This document shows positions 23,701 through 35,891 of a stretch of DNA of 52,519 bases, in pieces. The position numbers and the translations under genes were made by a program. Position 1 is the first letter of the stretch; every line of letters starts with the position of its first letter. Source of the DNA: Perkinsus chesapeaki ATCC PRA-425 (taxonomy: Eukaryota > Protista > Perkinsozoa); contig JAAPAO010000208.1 in NCBI GenBank assembly GCA_013115145.1, forward strand, positions 1 to 52,519, given 5' to 3'. The notes under the pieces were generated by a model that had not been told where the DNA came from, did no database searches, and saw only the letters and a list, made by a program, of their open reading frames with translations.

Positions 23701-24673
23701 ATGTCGGGCCGCAAGGCAGATGCTTTTAAGGCTTGGATATTGTGGAAGAAGATGGGTGACTGCGGCATGGCTAACAGAGTTAGATTGGTGTAGGCGCTTT
23801 AGTGATCTCCAGCTTCATACCGCTCTTTCCTATAATCATTAGATATACACACACTCAAGAGTTCGCTGAAATGCTCAAGAGCTTCCCGGTTCGTAAGCAG
23901 TTCGATGAAGCTCAACAGCTGTACGAGGAGCCGCTGGTTGAGAAGGTGGTATAAAAGAATACACCACACTGGGAGTACTGCTGTCACGCCTCAGGGTCCC
24001 TGTGATGTTGAGGGAGCCAATGACAATGCCTTCCATCTGGCCTTCGAGCCTACTTCAGCATGTAAGTTGTGCAAAAGTTGGTATGGATTCATAGCTATCG
24101 GCAGGCACATGTTTCTGGTGGGTGCCTTATGACCTTCGTGAGAGGTTCTCCAAAGAGGGCCCCAGTGCTCTTTCTAAGGAGCTTTTTGTTGTTGCCTCTC
24201 GTATGCGTTGCGCCCTACTATCGGAAGGTAACATGGTTCTATACTATGTATTACTCTGTATTAGGATCTTTGATGATATCGTTCTACTCTACCGCGGAGA
24301 AGCCGGCATTTTGGCGCATTCCCAACATTAACCCAGAAATTTCTCATGAGCACATGTGGGCCATTTTGAAGATCGTCAACAGGTTAGACTTGCCCCCTCC
24401 CCCAGCGTAGCAGTTTCGTAACTCAGAGTTGGCAACTTCTGCTTCCCACCGGGCACTAGGGAGTGGGAGAAGGGCATGCGCAAACGTGGAGACTGCTCAA
24501 TGGTATCGTAGTGCTTCGCTCCGCTGTAGATTATTTTTTAGCCGTCCCGTTTGTCATCTCCGGCATTCGTGCCCGGGAACTGGTCGATTCCTCCTGAGTT
24601 TGATGAGCTTAAAAAGAGTCGATCGGCAGTTCAACTGTTGGGAGGAATTGAGGGCACCGGCGAGTTCATCTAA
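20796..24673 (+). CDS. Bifunctional cysteine dioxygenase - cysteine sulfinate/glutamate decarboxylase (CDO-CSAD/GAD) fusion
   Basis: CDO motifs [29 protein letters not shown] and VSLHCY, spliced in phase to group II PLP decarboxylase motifs [48 protein letters not shown] and SWNLHK (PLP Lys codon 23506-23508). Confidence 0.88.
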
Positions 24674-24938
24674 GGCGCCCTGCAGCAGCAGCCGCCGCCG
24701 TAATAATTATCATTTACTTTGGATCTTTTAATATTCGAAGCTACTTCGTCTTCTTATACTACATGTTCATTGCTAACCAATGGTGATACTGCTGCTGCTG
24801 CTGTGAAAGCAGTGATAGCGATGCCCCAGGCATCAGCAGATATATAATCTCATTGATCTTACCTCCACTTTGGCTTTGTGTTTCCCTGTCCATTACCTTG
24901 ATTCTGTAACAGTTGTATTTTTATTTTCCTATTTCACT

Positions 24939-27900
24939 ATGAGCGTGATTGATATTACTATAAAGAAGGTAGATGGCACTACTGTGGAAGTGTCGATCGA
25001 TAACACAGCTACAGTCACTGATCTTAAAAAGGTACTAGATGCCAGTTGGATCTTCGGATTTGACCCCAATCACCGGCGCTACATTCGCTTACAGTAATTC
25101 CCAGCTTCTGTAAGTGCAATTGAAACGTTCCTTCGTTTTCGTAGCTCGTGCGCCAAACACGCTCATTGGGGCTCGATTTGGCGTCACATCCGGGATCGGG
25201 TTACGGTGTAGGCTGATGAGAGATGTGGTAGAATATTAATGCACAGTGGAATAGGTCGCTGAATGTTGGTATATCAATATACTGCACACTTGGATGATCA
25301 TAGCCCTTATCATACCATGCTAGTAAAAAAACAACCGTAAGCTCTTTTGTAGAGCACAGAAGCAACAACAACAATCACTGAAGCTTTTTGTTAAGAGTAA
25401 CTATCCCACTGTCGAGATGGTGGCAACAACGTATGTTATTGATCATAGTGTGGCTAGGAAGGAAGACGTTAACATTAGAATTTCCTGTGATTACTCGACG
25501 TGCTGGAGTGTTATGGCATTTTAGTTGGTCCAGGAGAGGACTGAAATACCCAAAGAATCACAGCGGCTCATATTCCGGGGTCAAATACTATCTGATGAGA
25601 CGACCCTCAAGGATTCAGGTTGGCCCAGGTCAGCAGGGTGGCGCTGGTATAGGACAGGTGATTAGGTCTGAATGAAGATGGTCTAACTGTTCACCTAGTT
25701 CGACATCTAGTGCCTCCTCCGCACCCCAAGGCACCAGCGGCGACAGGCCAACAGCAAACACCGACTTTAAGACTTGGTAGGTATCTCTGGCAGTAAAGTT
25801 GGAATTCATTTTGGGAAAATAATGTGTCTTACTCAAGCAGCAAAATCTATCTCAAGGGTCTTCCTACGCCCTCCTAGTAGTAAAAGTTGACGCTGTTACT
25901 TCTGGTCGGGAACGCCTTGGGCTAGCTGGTTCGAAAAATGGTTGGAGTTTTGGTATGCTTTCTGAGTGACTTGTACACACAGACAATAAATATCACAAGA
26001 CTGGATGAAACGGTTAATCGATATGTCCTGATTCATTTATTTATAAGGTCTTGGCGTGCAGTATTGGCTCTATCGAGGAAGTATCCCGCTCGGAATAGGA
26101 TAACCTTGCAGGTGCAACGCCTGGATCAGCTCCTACCGCAGCAGCGGGCCAGAATCCTTACATGGCGCCTTCGGGCCTCGGCATGGGCCCCATGGGGGGC
26201 ATGAGCCCGGAAGCGATATCGGAGATGATGAATAACCCTGTAGTGGATAGTATGCTGTCCAATCCTCAGATCATGAGATGTAAGCGGGAGGGTATCGTGG
26301 GAATCTCCTTCTTGCTGACTTATTCGTTTTTGTCAGCTCTGATCGAGATGAACCCGCAGATGCAGCAGTTAATGCAGCAGAATCCCGAGCTGAGGACTCT
26401 TATAGAAGACCCAGAAGTAAAGATATTCTCTAGGTTGATTGAGTGTCATCAGTATTTTCATTAGTTTTTACGACAAACGATGCAAGCTGCCCGCAACCCT
26501 AGTATGATGCAAGAGATGATGCGGACCAATGACAGGCAGATGGCGAATCTGGACAGCATCCCCGGTATTACAGGGAGACCACCTTCAGAGAGGAGCAGCC
26601 TAATTTTTCATTTGTTCACCGGAAATATGGTTCCTATTTTATCCACACTTGTCCACTTTTGAATAGCTCCGTAAGATTAGTCACCGTAGTAGCTGTGCCT
26701 AGTAGGTCCAGTAGTCTGTCTTGGGTTAAGCGTCCTCACTTCTCGGGTCAGGTGGATACCAAGCTCTTCAAAGGATGTACCGAGATATCCAGGAGCCAAT
26801 GTGGAATGCAGCATCAGGGGGTAGTAGTGGATGATGATGGTATTATCCTATATAGGAGTATCGCTCTTCAGCGCATGCCCACAGTGGTAGCTCCTCAGCA
26901 TCACAATTGATGGAGGCTATGCAGCAAGACAGGGAAGCAGGGCCTAACAATAGGCCATTGGGCAATCCTTGGGGATCATCATCTGCGGCCCCTGCGGCTA
27001 GTGGCTCTGGTAATAGAGGAGTTGTATGCATTTTACGGTCCGGAGTTTGGCAGGATAGCAGCGATTCCGTGCAGTATGGGATTAGTGTTGCATCATCCAT
27101 CTTTTCATTTAGTGGATCAGGCTAGGGAGTCACTGTGGTGTTCTTTTATCCCCGAGAAACAGACTCGTGGATAGTATTTATTTAATGACCAGTGTGCTCG
27201 TCCATTCCCTTTCATTTGATGGCCAGTGTGGTCATGTACTCGTTCATTTTCCTTGGTTTCTAGGTACCCAACAGCAGTCCTCAACAGCACCCCGTACCAC
27301 CACTCAGCCTACAGCACCTATGGTTAACCCCTTCGCCTCGATGTTTGGTATGCCTCCTCCTCCAGCACCACCGGCCACTAGCAGCAGCGGTGGAGCATCT
27401 GGCCAACAGCAGCAGCAAGGCAGCACTGCACCCAATCCAGCAGTTAATACCTTCCCGTTCATGGCCTTCCCCACCCCTCCTCAGCCATCACAGCCGGCTT
27501 CTTCTGGTAGGTCTTTAGGCTTGCTTGCTCTTCAGCAGCATTGATTGCAGTGTGATAGTCCATCGGTCTGCATGAGAGTTGTTGTATGTAAACCTTTGGA
27601 TCAGCGGCGCTAAGCTGAGCCGCTCAAGGCAGTTCACTTATATGACATTTTTAGTCTATGTTAAAATAGAGAATAAGACAGCGCATAGTACAGCGTTAGC
27701 TACTAACTTCAACGAGCAATTGTATTCCGAGGAGCCGGCACTACTACCTTGATGACGTAAATGCTGTTGTCCGCATTATTCCCAGGTGCATCCTCCACCA
27801 CCACCACGACAGCAGCTGGCAGCAGTGCTGGGGCGTCTCAAGAAAATCACCACAGGAATCCCTTCGCCGAATGGTTATCGAACCCAGCAGTGCAGAATAT

Positions 27901-28398
27901 GATGGGGGACATGATGAGCCAGATGCTGAACCAGCAACAGCAGCAGCAGCCGGGAGCTGCTAGTGCAAATGTAACCTTTCGGGTATCTTGTTAAGCATCA
28001 CTTAGCAGCATCATCATCAGGCCTCGACCGCTGCGCCCCAGGCCATGCCGTTTTTCTTTCCCATGGGAGTGAGCCCTAGCGGCACCACACCGTCCAACCC
28101 TCAGCAATTCAATCGGTCGGCCTTCGGTACCGCTCGACCATCAGCAGCGGCTCCGGCAGCAGCTGTTGACCCGGCTCAGCAGTTCCGACCGCAGTTGTCG
28201 GCTTTGGAGAGTATGGGGTTCACTAACCAACAGCAGAACCTGAACGCTCTCAGGCGAGGTGAGCCGGTGATAGTAGACGTATTAAATTGACTTTGTCATT
28301 ATGCAGCCAACGGCAATGTTAACCGAGCTCTGGACCTCCTATTAAGCGAGCCACAGGAGGGAGGTGACCAGGCTGACACATCTTCACAACATCAATGA
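24939..28398 (+). CDS. DSK2: Ubiquilin/Dsk2 (UBL-STI1-UBA)
   Basis: UBL: [13 protein letters not shown]...[22 protein letters not shown]1 segments MMNNP...MLSNPQIM and [35 protein letters not shown]: [34 protein letters not shown]. Confidence 0.93.
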
Positions 28399-28521
28399 GC
28401 GCTAAAAAGGCCACAGCGGTTTTCGCAATATATTTTCTGTATACACCTTGTCCATCCCAACTGAGTGTTTGTCTTATTATCGCCTAAGGGGCCTCGGGAC
28501 AGTTTTTCTTTTTCTGCCATT

Positions 28522-29560
28522 ATGGCGACGCAAGTGTTGGTGACCGCTGCAGATGGCAGCGAGATCGATGTTTCCCGATGGAACGTAACCAAGCCACGGT
28601 CCTTTCCTGATGCAGGCTATTGCCCATTTCAGATCGTCTATCCGAACTACCTGAACTCCGCCAAGACTGTTCCCGAAGGCCGCAGGATCGCCAAAACCAA
28701 GTAGGCCAGGGTCAGGGACGCCCTCAATTGAGGTCACTGTGCAGGTGTGTAGAGAACCCTACGATCGCGGAGATGGGCGAAGCTTGTCGGGAGCTAGGTG
28801 TACCGTGTGTGTTGGAGGTAAGACTCGGGTTCGATCCCTAGTGGCGGTATTTCTTACTAGGATAAATGCTACCCTCGAGACTGGCTGATCCGTGGTAGAC
28901 TTAGAGTTAGGATTATTGATGATAGCGGCAAGCCACTGAGGGCGGATATAGATGGAAGTAAGGCCGGTACTAGCTTCATAGCGGTATGTGATCATTGTGC
29001 AAGCATTGCATAGCCGTTTACCAGCTACTAATGCGCAATGCGTGTTTACAGTATACACAGGGGCAGTCATATAGTAGAACCCCACTGCCGATATACGCCC
29101 ACCGTATTTGATGAGTGCGAACTCCGACTCCGGAAAGTCTGTTCCCCGTCGAGGGGTGTACTGGATTTGGACCGAGTATTTTAGGTGAAGCAATTGTGAA
29201 TCTCTTTCCACAGTAACGGTACTATCTATATAAGTGGCTCTTCGTGGCCCCACAGCGCGGTCTCGCTCCTGTTGCCTGTTGCCGTGTGTATGCGTTCGAG
29301 AATCAATGATCGCCCATGAAGCCTTACATGGTTGTTGTTGTTTGCCTTCAGAGCGGCAGCTACTTGAGAAGATAAGTGAGGTGATACCGACTTTAAAGTC
29401 ACGGACACACCCCCAAAAGGAAGAGAATCATGGTGCTGGCGGTGGGGGTGCGAAGGAGACTACCGCAGCAGCTACTGCAGCTTCCTCGTCGAAGGGCGGC
29501 CAGCATCAGCAGCAGCAGCAGCACAGGAGCAACAAGAAGAAGAATAAGCGCAACAAGTGA
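28522..29560 (+). CDS. SRP19: Signal recognition particle 19 kDa protein
   Basis: IVYPNYLNSAKTVPEGRRIAK, CVENPT, KCYPRDWLIRGRLRV, KRQLLEKISEVIP and a basic C-tail. Confidence 0.93.
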
Positions 29561-30406
29561 TCGGTGTACACAAATGGGGACATTCACCAAATAGACAACA
29601 TGCTTTGGTTGATCTGTGGGGCGGGTGAGGGCTTTGTTGTCGTTAGTATTATTCATACTGTAAATGGTCGGTGTGCCGAAATCGGAGCATCGTAATCCAG
29701 AGGGGAGCACCGGTGGTGCTCGACGACCCCACAGGATGGTACGGAGTCATTCTATTGACTGTGGCGAGATGATGCCTGTTGAGGTAGTTGAGCTTTGATC
29801 AGGCCATCTCCACTATTTTCGCTGCTTCTGTTTTTACTTGTCACCAAAGTTTCACCGTTTGTCAGGCATCGCCGTCTTCTTCATCATCATCATCGGCCGT
29901 GATTGGCTTGTTGCCTGCACCGCGGTATGCCAGGAGTAGTTTGAGCTTTGAAGATCTCTCTTGGTTGGAGACAGAGGACCAGAACTTCCTCATAGTAAGC
30001 GTCCTGAATCATCCTCCGAAGGATCGGAAATTGAAGGATAAGTAATACACCTTGAGGGGTTCTACAAGCAGTGTGGACAGGAATGGCGAACTGTACGCTT
30101 TAGAGTATCTCCCGCTTCATTGAACGGACCTTGTGATGACATCTTGAGGGCAATGGGGTTCTACTGTCATAGCACTGTTCCCTAAGGTTGAGTGCAGAAA
30201 TGGGATTTTGGGAAGTTGAAAAATGCCCCAACTTCACCTGCCTTCCATGTCGGACTGGCTATTTGCTTCGGCCGAAGTTTGTCCGCTAATTTCAGATACG
30301 CTAATCGCGACACCATCCCCTATTTCCTGCGGCGGCGCTCTCTTCTGCGTCGTTACGTTCTGGGGAACTCTCGGCGACTAGCCAGTGATGACGCATTCGG
30401 TAGCAA

Positions 30407-32904
30407 ATGCCATCGCGTCGAACGGTTATTCATTTCGGACGTTCAGGAGCACTTTTTCGAACTGTGAAGGACTTGAAGTCCGGTGACAGTCGACAAGGTC
30501 ACACCTCTGAGGGCTATCGCGGAGGCAGCAACTCCACTTACGGTTCGGGACGGAAACAGATATGGCTTGTTGAGCGTACGGGAAGTAGGTTGAGCTCCGG
30601 GGTTGGGGGCCTGGGGCAGTATCATTGGACCGCAGATGATCGATCTTCGGTGCCTACGGTGAAGCCCGGCACTTTGCTGGTTTGCAAATGCATCGATATA
30701 GAGTCGTTATTCCACGACTCATCGGGCCCAGAGGAGGCTGATGATGGTGATGAAGTGTGCAGAGGTCGAGGGTCGACTGCCGGGAGTAGCCTGAGTCGAT
30801 ATCACCAAGGTCTAAGACATTGCATTAAAGAAGACACCCTGGTGGAGATGTTCTTGTCCAAGCTCTTTACCAGGTCAGCCACCCTTCGATTGCGCCACAT
30901 TTCCAACAGCATCGCTTGCCAGTTGATCCGAGTGCTGCGACGTTGTTATTCTTTAGTCTCGTTGTTCTTCAGGTTTTTTGCTTGTCCGAACTTTGATCGT
31001 TTAATCGACGTGTTGCACGACAGCAGTCGAGTCTACTTTTTGTTTGAGTTCTTCGAGGGGGGTGATCTCCTTGATTATATGATGGCCCGAGCGATGCAGA
31101 TGCAGAGCCGTCGGAAGTAGTAGCAACTCGTCGTCATCATCGCCTCCTTCCTGCTGCCCGATGCATGCTTGCCTCAGGGCGTCTGTGGCGGAGTCGGCCC
31201 CGGCTGAGGACCCTTGTACGGGAGCTCAGGAGGCCTCGGTCGAGGCAGTCTCGCCGATGTCATGTCCGGGAGATGCTTCGGCATCGGATCTCACTGTGGA
31301 CCGGAATGGATTGAAAAAGTTTTTTGATGAGGTGACGGCGACGCGAGGGGAAGGTCAGCACCCGCAGGCCTCGCCGGGCCAGGTGACATCTAAAGGCTCA
31401 CTACCTACCCAGAGTTGATGGGTCAGGTCACGAAAGGTCAGGCTCAAGCTCAAGCTGGCACTCCTTCTTCACCGATCAAGTCGGCAAAGACTAATGAGCA
31501 ACTGCGAAATGATGTCGTCGAGGAGCAGCCTGAACAACAATCAGTCCCGAGTGTTGTACGGCTCAACGTCAAGGTAGGGAGTAAAAAATCAAAAATGTTT
31601 AGCGGAGCGAAGCTTGTGATATTCAGGAGGTCTGCATTATTATGTCTGGCCTCACTAAGGCGTTGGAACTTCTTCATTCCCTTAATCTGGCTCATTTGGA
31701 TGTGTCACCAGAGCAAGTGTTGGTGCACATTTCGCCCGAGAACGGCAGAGTGGTGTCGGCTGCCCTCACTGACTTAGCTCAGGTGAATAGGAACTGTTAT
31801 TATCTTTTATATTTATTCCATTTCAGTGCAGTACAGTAGCACAGCTCCGTACCTCATCATTGCGGAAGTCTGGCAAGGCCCTGTATCGGGCACCAGAGAT
31901 GTATCATCAACTTCCGTCAGTGCTAGCAGCTAGCAGGCCCCCGAGGTAAGCTTCGTCCTTAGTAGGGATTAACGGTAGCTGTCGAACTTAGTGATTTTGT
32001 AAAAGTTTAAAGATTGTTTTATCACTGAATTCTCGTCTTTCCCTCAGTCTCTGGTTGGCTGGTGATATGTGGTCCCTCGGTGTAGTGGGCTTGGTCATGT
32101 GCCTGGGCGGCCCCCTGTGGGAGAGTGCTACAGCTGATGATGAGAAGTAAGCAGCATCTTCACCTCTTCCTCCTCTTCATTATTGATCCTTTAGGTATCG
32201 TTATTTTCTTGAGCATGCTGGGCCAGATGTGTTCTATTACCTTAATCAAGCCCAGCATCTGCCAGCTGAGCTGGCTGCGCTCCTAGCCGGCTTGCTGCAG
32301 CCTCAGCCTCAAGTAGCAGCTCTCATAGACTGCCACTGTTGATTGCACTATTTCAGGAACGACTGACGATTTCACTCTGTCGAATGTCGGAAGCATTGTC
32401 ACCGGAGTTCATGGAGTCGCATGATGTCATGGCCGACTCGGAGCCTCATCAGCTTCTTCAACGCCCTTTTGAAACAAGTAGGATGATAACCTTACGTTGA
32501 GCTGAGGTGGTGGTATCCAGATGGGAGATCTCAGCCACACGTTGGCAAGAGAAGGATGCTATTCAATGCAGTTATCAGGAGCATGGTCGAGGTGTGGAAC
32601 AAGGTGGGCGTCTTGGCAGGTCGGTGCTGCTGCTGGTAGTGTCACTCTCAGGTCTCCATGGCCATTCCATTATCACCGAAGACGGCTCAAAGAACCGATA
32701 CGAACAATACCTCGACAACCGTGGATAGTACTCGGATGGAGTCGCCCAGTCAGCTGCTGCCTCCAGCAGCCCATTCCTCGTCCCCGTCTGATGTTGCATC
32801 ACCTCTCAATGAGCATGTGGCAACAACCGGCACTGCAGCAGCAGCCGGGGTGGAGAACGGACAAGGGGAACGGAAGGGTTATTAGGATAACCGTTAATAG
32901 TTAA
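30407..32904 (+). CDS. Ser/Thr protein kinase, divergent CAMK-like, with large insert (5' exons may start near 29770)
   Basis: LLVCK, RVYFLFEFFEGGDLLDY, HLDVSPEQ, TDLAQ, GKALYRAPE and DMWSLGVV in canonical subdomain order. Confidence 0.78.
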
Positions 32905-33311
32905 TAGCATTGGTTAATTAATAACACGGTTCACATCTCATCATCATTCATCATTATGCCCACCACCGAGCACCTTGATGCTCCTCATCGTCTTCAGTAT
33001 AGCTATCGGCTCAGTGCTGAATGACAACATCATCACTTTAACACAGTGATAAGTTGATAATATTATTATTGGCATTATGTATCTCAAATGCTGATGTACT
33101 TTTGCGGCCGTAATCTCTACTAGTAGTGGCCCGAGTAGTTAAGGCCCCCCACCGCCGCCGCCAGCACTCCGAACGTAATCAGAACGTCGCCTAATAGAGG
33201 CATTCTGTAGCCTTACTGTTGATGAATCATTGATTTCCTGCCCACTTCGGTCCCTGTTGGGTTATCTTAAACTCTTAGGGATTTGTGGAAGGTTATTTAT
33301 TGAAGAAGGGG

Positions 33312-34202
33312 ATGCAGGTGAACACCGAAGCGAGCAATACCTCTGTGATGAGGCAGCACAATCTCAAAAAGCAGAAAGTTGGTCGACGTGTCGCTGCCGC
33401 TACTTTCGAAGTGTCCGCTTTAGGTCTGCGAGTCTGCATTGGAGCACAAGGAGGTGGATCTGGCAAGCGATGGCCAAGGGTTGCTCGACACTAAGGTTTC
33501 GACGGTTCTTAACGCCAATCCTGACTTCGGTATGGCAGAAAGCGCAGCTTTTGTCGAGGGGCCCGGCTCATCAGGTTCCCTGGCGGACATTTTGGCGCCC
33601 AACACGGACAAGGCCGTTGTTAGTGATGCAGATCAGCAGCTCCTCATTAAAGTGATGACCTTTGCCTATTTAGCGCTGCAGCTGCATTCAGTTAACATTT
33701 CGGGAATTGGTACATGTCAAGTCGATAACCATTGGAGCCGACCATCCACCACAGAGCGGGGAGGAGGATGGTGACGATTCTTATTCCGCTCCAATGGCCG
33801 TCAAGGTGAGTCTGGGGTCGCTAGTGAGAAGCGTTGACTGTTAACATTAGGTATATGCCAACCAGCCAGCCATGGACTTCAACGATATAGAATCGGGCAG
33901 TGTGAGTCCAGGTGAGATATCTGTGCCGTTCACCTCCAGCCATCTCATCCATGCAGGCGGCGAGTTCACACTCAGCTTCACAGGAGAAGGAGATGAACAA
34001 CTCCCTCTTATGCAGCACAAGTTCTCGGTAGCGCGCGCGCTGATGATCGATAATGGTGTGAAGTACCTTTGGATTTCAGCGTGTAAAGGACATGTCCATC
34101 TTCGTTGAGGACAATACGTGCCAGACGGAGTTTTCGTACATTAATAGGTTGCGGGTGATGGGCTGCAAAGCTCCGAGCTATCACTCAGAATACAAAAAAT
34201 GA
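33312..34202 (+). CDS. PITH-domain protein (proteasome-interacting thioredoxin domain)
   Basis: VSDADQQLLIK, APMAVK/VYANQPAMDFNDIE and IFVEDN...INRLRVMG match the PITH pattern. Confidence 0.82.
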
Positions 34203-34294
34203 AAAAGTGGTGCAATAGTGGTCGGTTTCGTTTTACACGCAGTTGCGTTGCTGCGAAGGTAGATTCTGTCTGAGGGATAATCTCAATAGTTGTC

Positions 34295-35122
34295 ATGTTT
34301 CTGAGTCGAGTAGCTCCTCGTCTTAGCGGTCTTGTTGCCCCCGCTGCTGCGGCTGCTGTCACGCGTTCAACCACCATCCTTACTGTTAGGAAGGGTAGTC
34401 GTTTAAAGGCAGTCAACGGTGAGGAAGTGCGGTCATTTCAGGCCCAGATGTGGTAATCATGGGCGATGGACAAGTGACGTTGGGCGACATGATTATCAAG
34501 GATAATGTCAGAAAGCTGAGGAGAATCAACGACAACATCATTGCTGGTTTTGCTGGTGGGACCACGGTTCGAGCCGCGGGGTAGTCAGTTTGCAGGCTCC
34601 ACTGCCGATTGTCTTGCTCTTATGGACAAGTTAGAAGGGAAGCTGGAGGAGCATCCCCAGCAGCTATTGCGGAGCTGCGTTGAGCTCGCCAAGATGTGGA
34701 GAACTGATAAGATACTGCGGCACTTGCAGGTTAGCAAAGCCTCCGCTTCTGAAGTTTGCGGACACGTGTTGTATGTAGGCTGTTATTTTGGTGGCGGATG
34801 AGAATATAACGTTAGAAGTTACGGGCAATGGTGACGTCCTCGAGGCGAAGGATGGGATATTTGCCATAGGGTCTGGTGGCCCCTATGCTTTGGGTGAGTC
34901 GTAGCAGCTGACTGTACACATTGTATTTGCTTGCCCAGCTGCTGCTAGAGCATTGATCGATACCGACTTAACGGCTCATGAAATATGCGAGAAAGCTATG
35001 AAGATTGCCGCTGGTAAGTAGTTGTACTGTTTGGGTTTGAACCGATGGTGTTGGTAGATATCTGCGTGCATACGAACCACAACTTCACGGTAGAGTCATT
35101 GAAGACGGCGGTTAAAGATTGA
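34295..35122 (+). CDS. hslV: Mitochondrial HslV/ClpQ threonine protease
   Basis: Presequence [25 protein letters not shown] then mature [46 protein letters not shown] and DICVHTNHN. Confidence 0.96.
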
Positions 35123-35891
35123 TATGCATCATGGTTCATTGCTATTGTTTTTCCCATGAGACAGTGTTGAGTACTCTCAGTAGTACTGCCGTTTTTTGCT
35201 GTCATATGTGTTGCACCACTTTTCCGGTGGCCCACCCGGTGGCCCACCCTGGGCGGGAAGAGGGCAAAGGTGTTCATCGACAGTCGGATTGCGCTGTATC
35301 TTGCCGGGCAACATACGGGTTGTTCAATAAACCTCAGCTGACTCCCAGGAGAGGGATTGGCAAAATCGTATTCAATAGAACCCTCTCGGGGGCGCTTCTG
35401 GGATCGTTCTCAAGAGCGCTCTTGAACGCGTTCAAAAGATATTCAGTGCTCGCCTAGGAGCGCTACTGAAGTTCGGAAGTATCTCCCTATAGGCTGCCAG
35501 TGACAACACCGAAGCCGAGCTCAGTCAGCGGCAAGTTGATACAATCCAAGTTGGCCCAGCCAACTATGAGTAACAAACCAGGATCCTCCCGAATCTGGAG
35601 TTCTCTCCGGTTAGGGCACACCTTCACAACTTCACATCAGGGACACGTTCACAAAGAATGAACAATTGGGCACTTAAAGACTCTCGCTGCACGTCGATCA
35701 TTTACTCTACGCACAACAAGTAGAGGTCGAATAAATAGACTTCTATTCGGTTTTTGCTTCGTAGATTACAACTATAGCTGTAGAACTCAAGACTGTATAT
35801 TATTTGAAATGAACTGCTGCAGTGCAGAGTTCCAATAATTGAGCGACTTCTCGTTAAAGCTGTAGTAGCGATGGGAATGTCAGTAGTCAAC

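Noticed and set aside
21602-24410. Stand-alone glutamate decarboxylase starting at the ATG at 21602, as the ORF track suggests
   Set aside because: That Met lies inside the CDO cupin (just before GWH), and upstream exons supply the HxH iron ligands in frame.
27300-28000. CAG/CCN runs (also at 35910-35960, 36320-36350 and 45830-45850) as independent repeat elements
   Set aside because: They encode polyQ/P/A tracts within identified exons.
28958-29351. SRP (7SL) RNA encoded inside the SRP19 intron
   Set aside because: Only a CCAGCTACT resemblance to the Alu part; no helix-8 CAGG-GNRA-AGCA motif was seen on either strand.
31100-31420. Apparent frameshifts and stops suggesting a kinase pseudogene
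   Set aside because: Both are resolved by ordinary GT-AG introns of about 59 nt (GTAGTAG...GCCTCAG and GTCAGC...ACCCAG).
35224-35247. 12-bp tandem duplication CCGGTGGCCCAC x2
   Set aside because: Real, but an isolated two-copy duplication in a 3' intergenic region with no sign of function.
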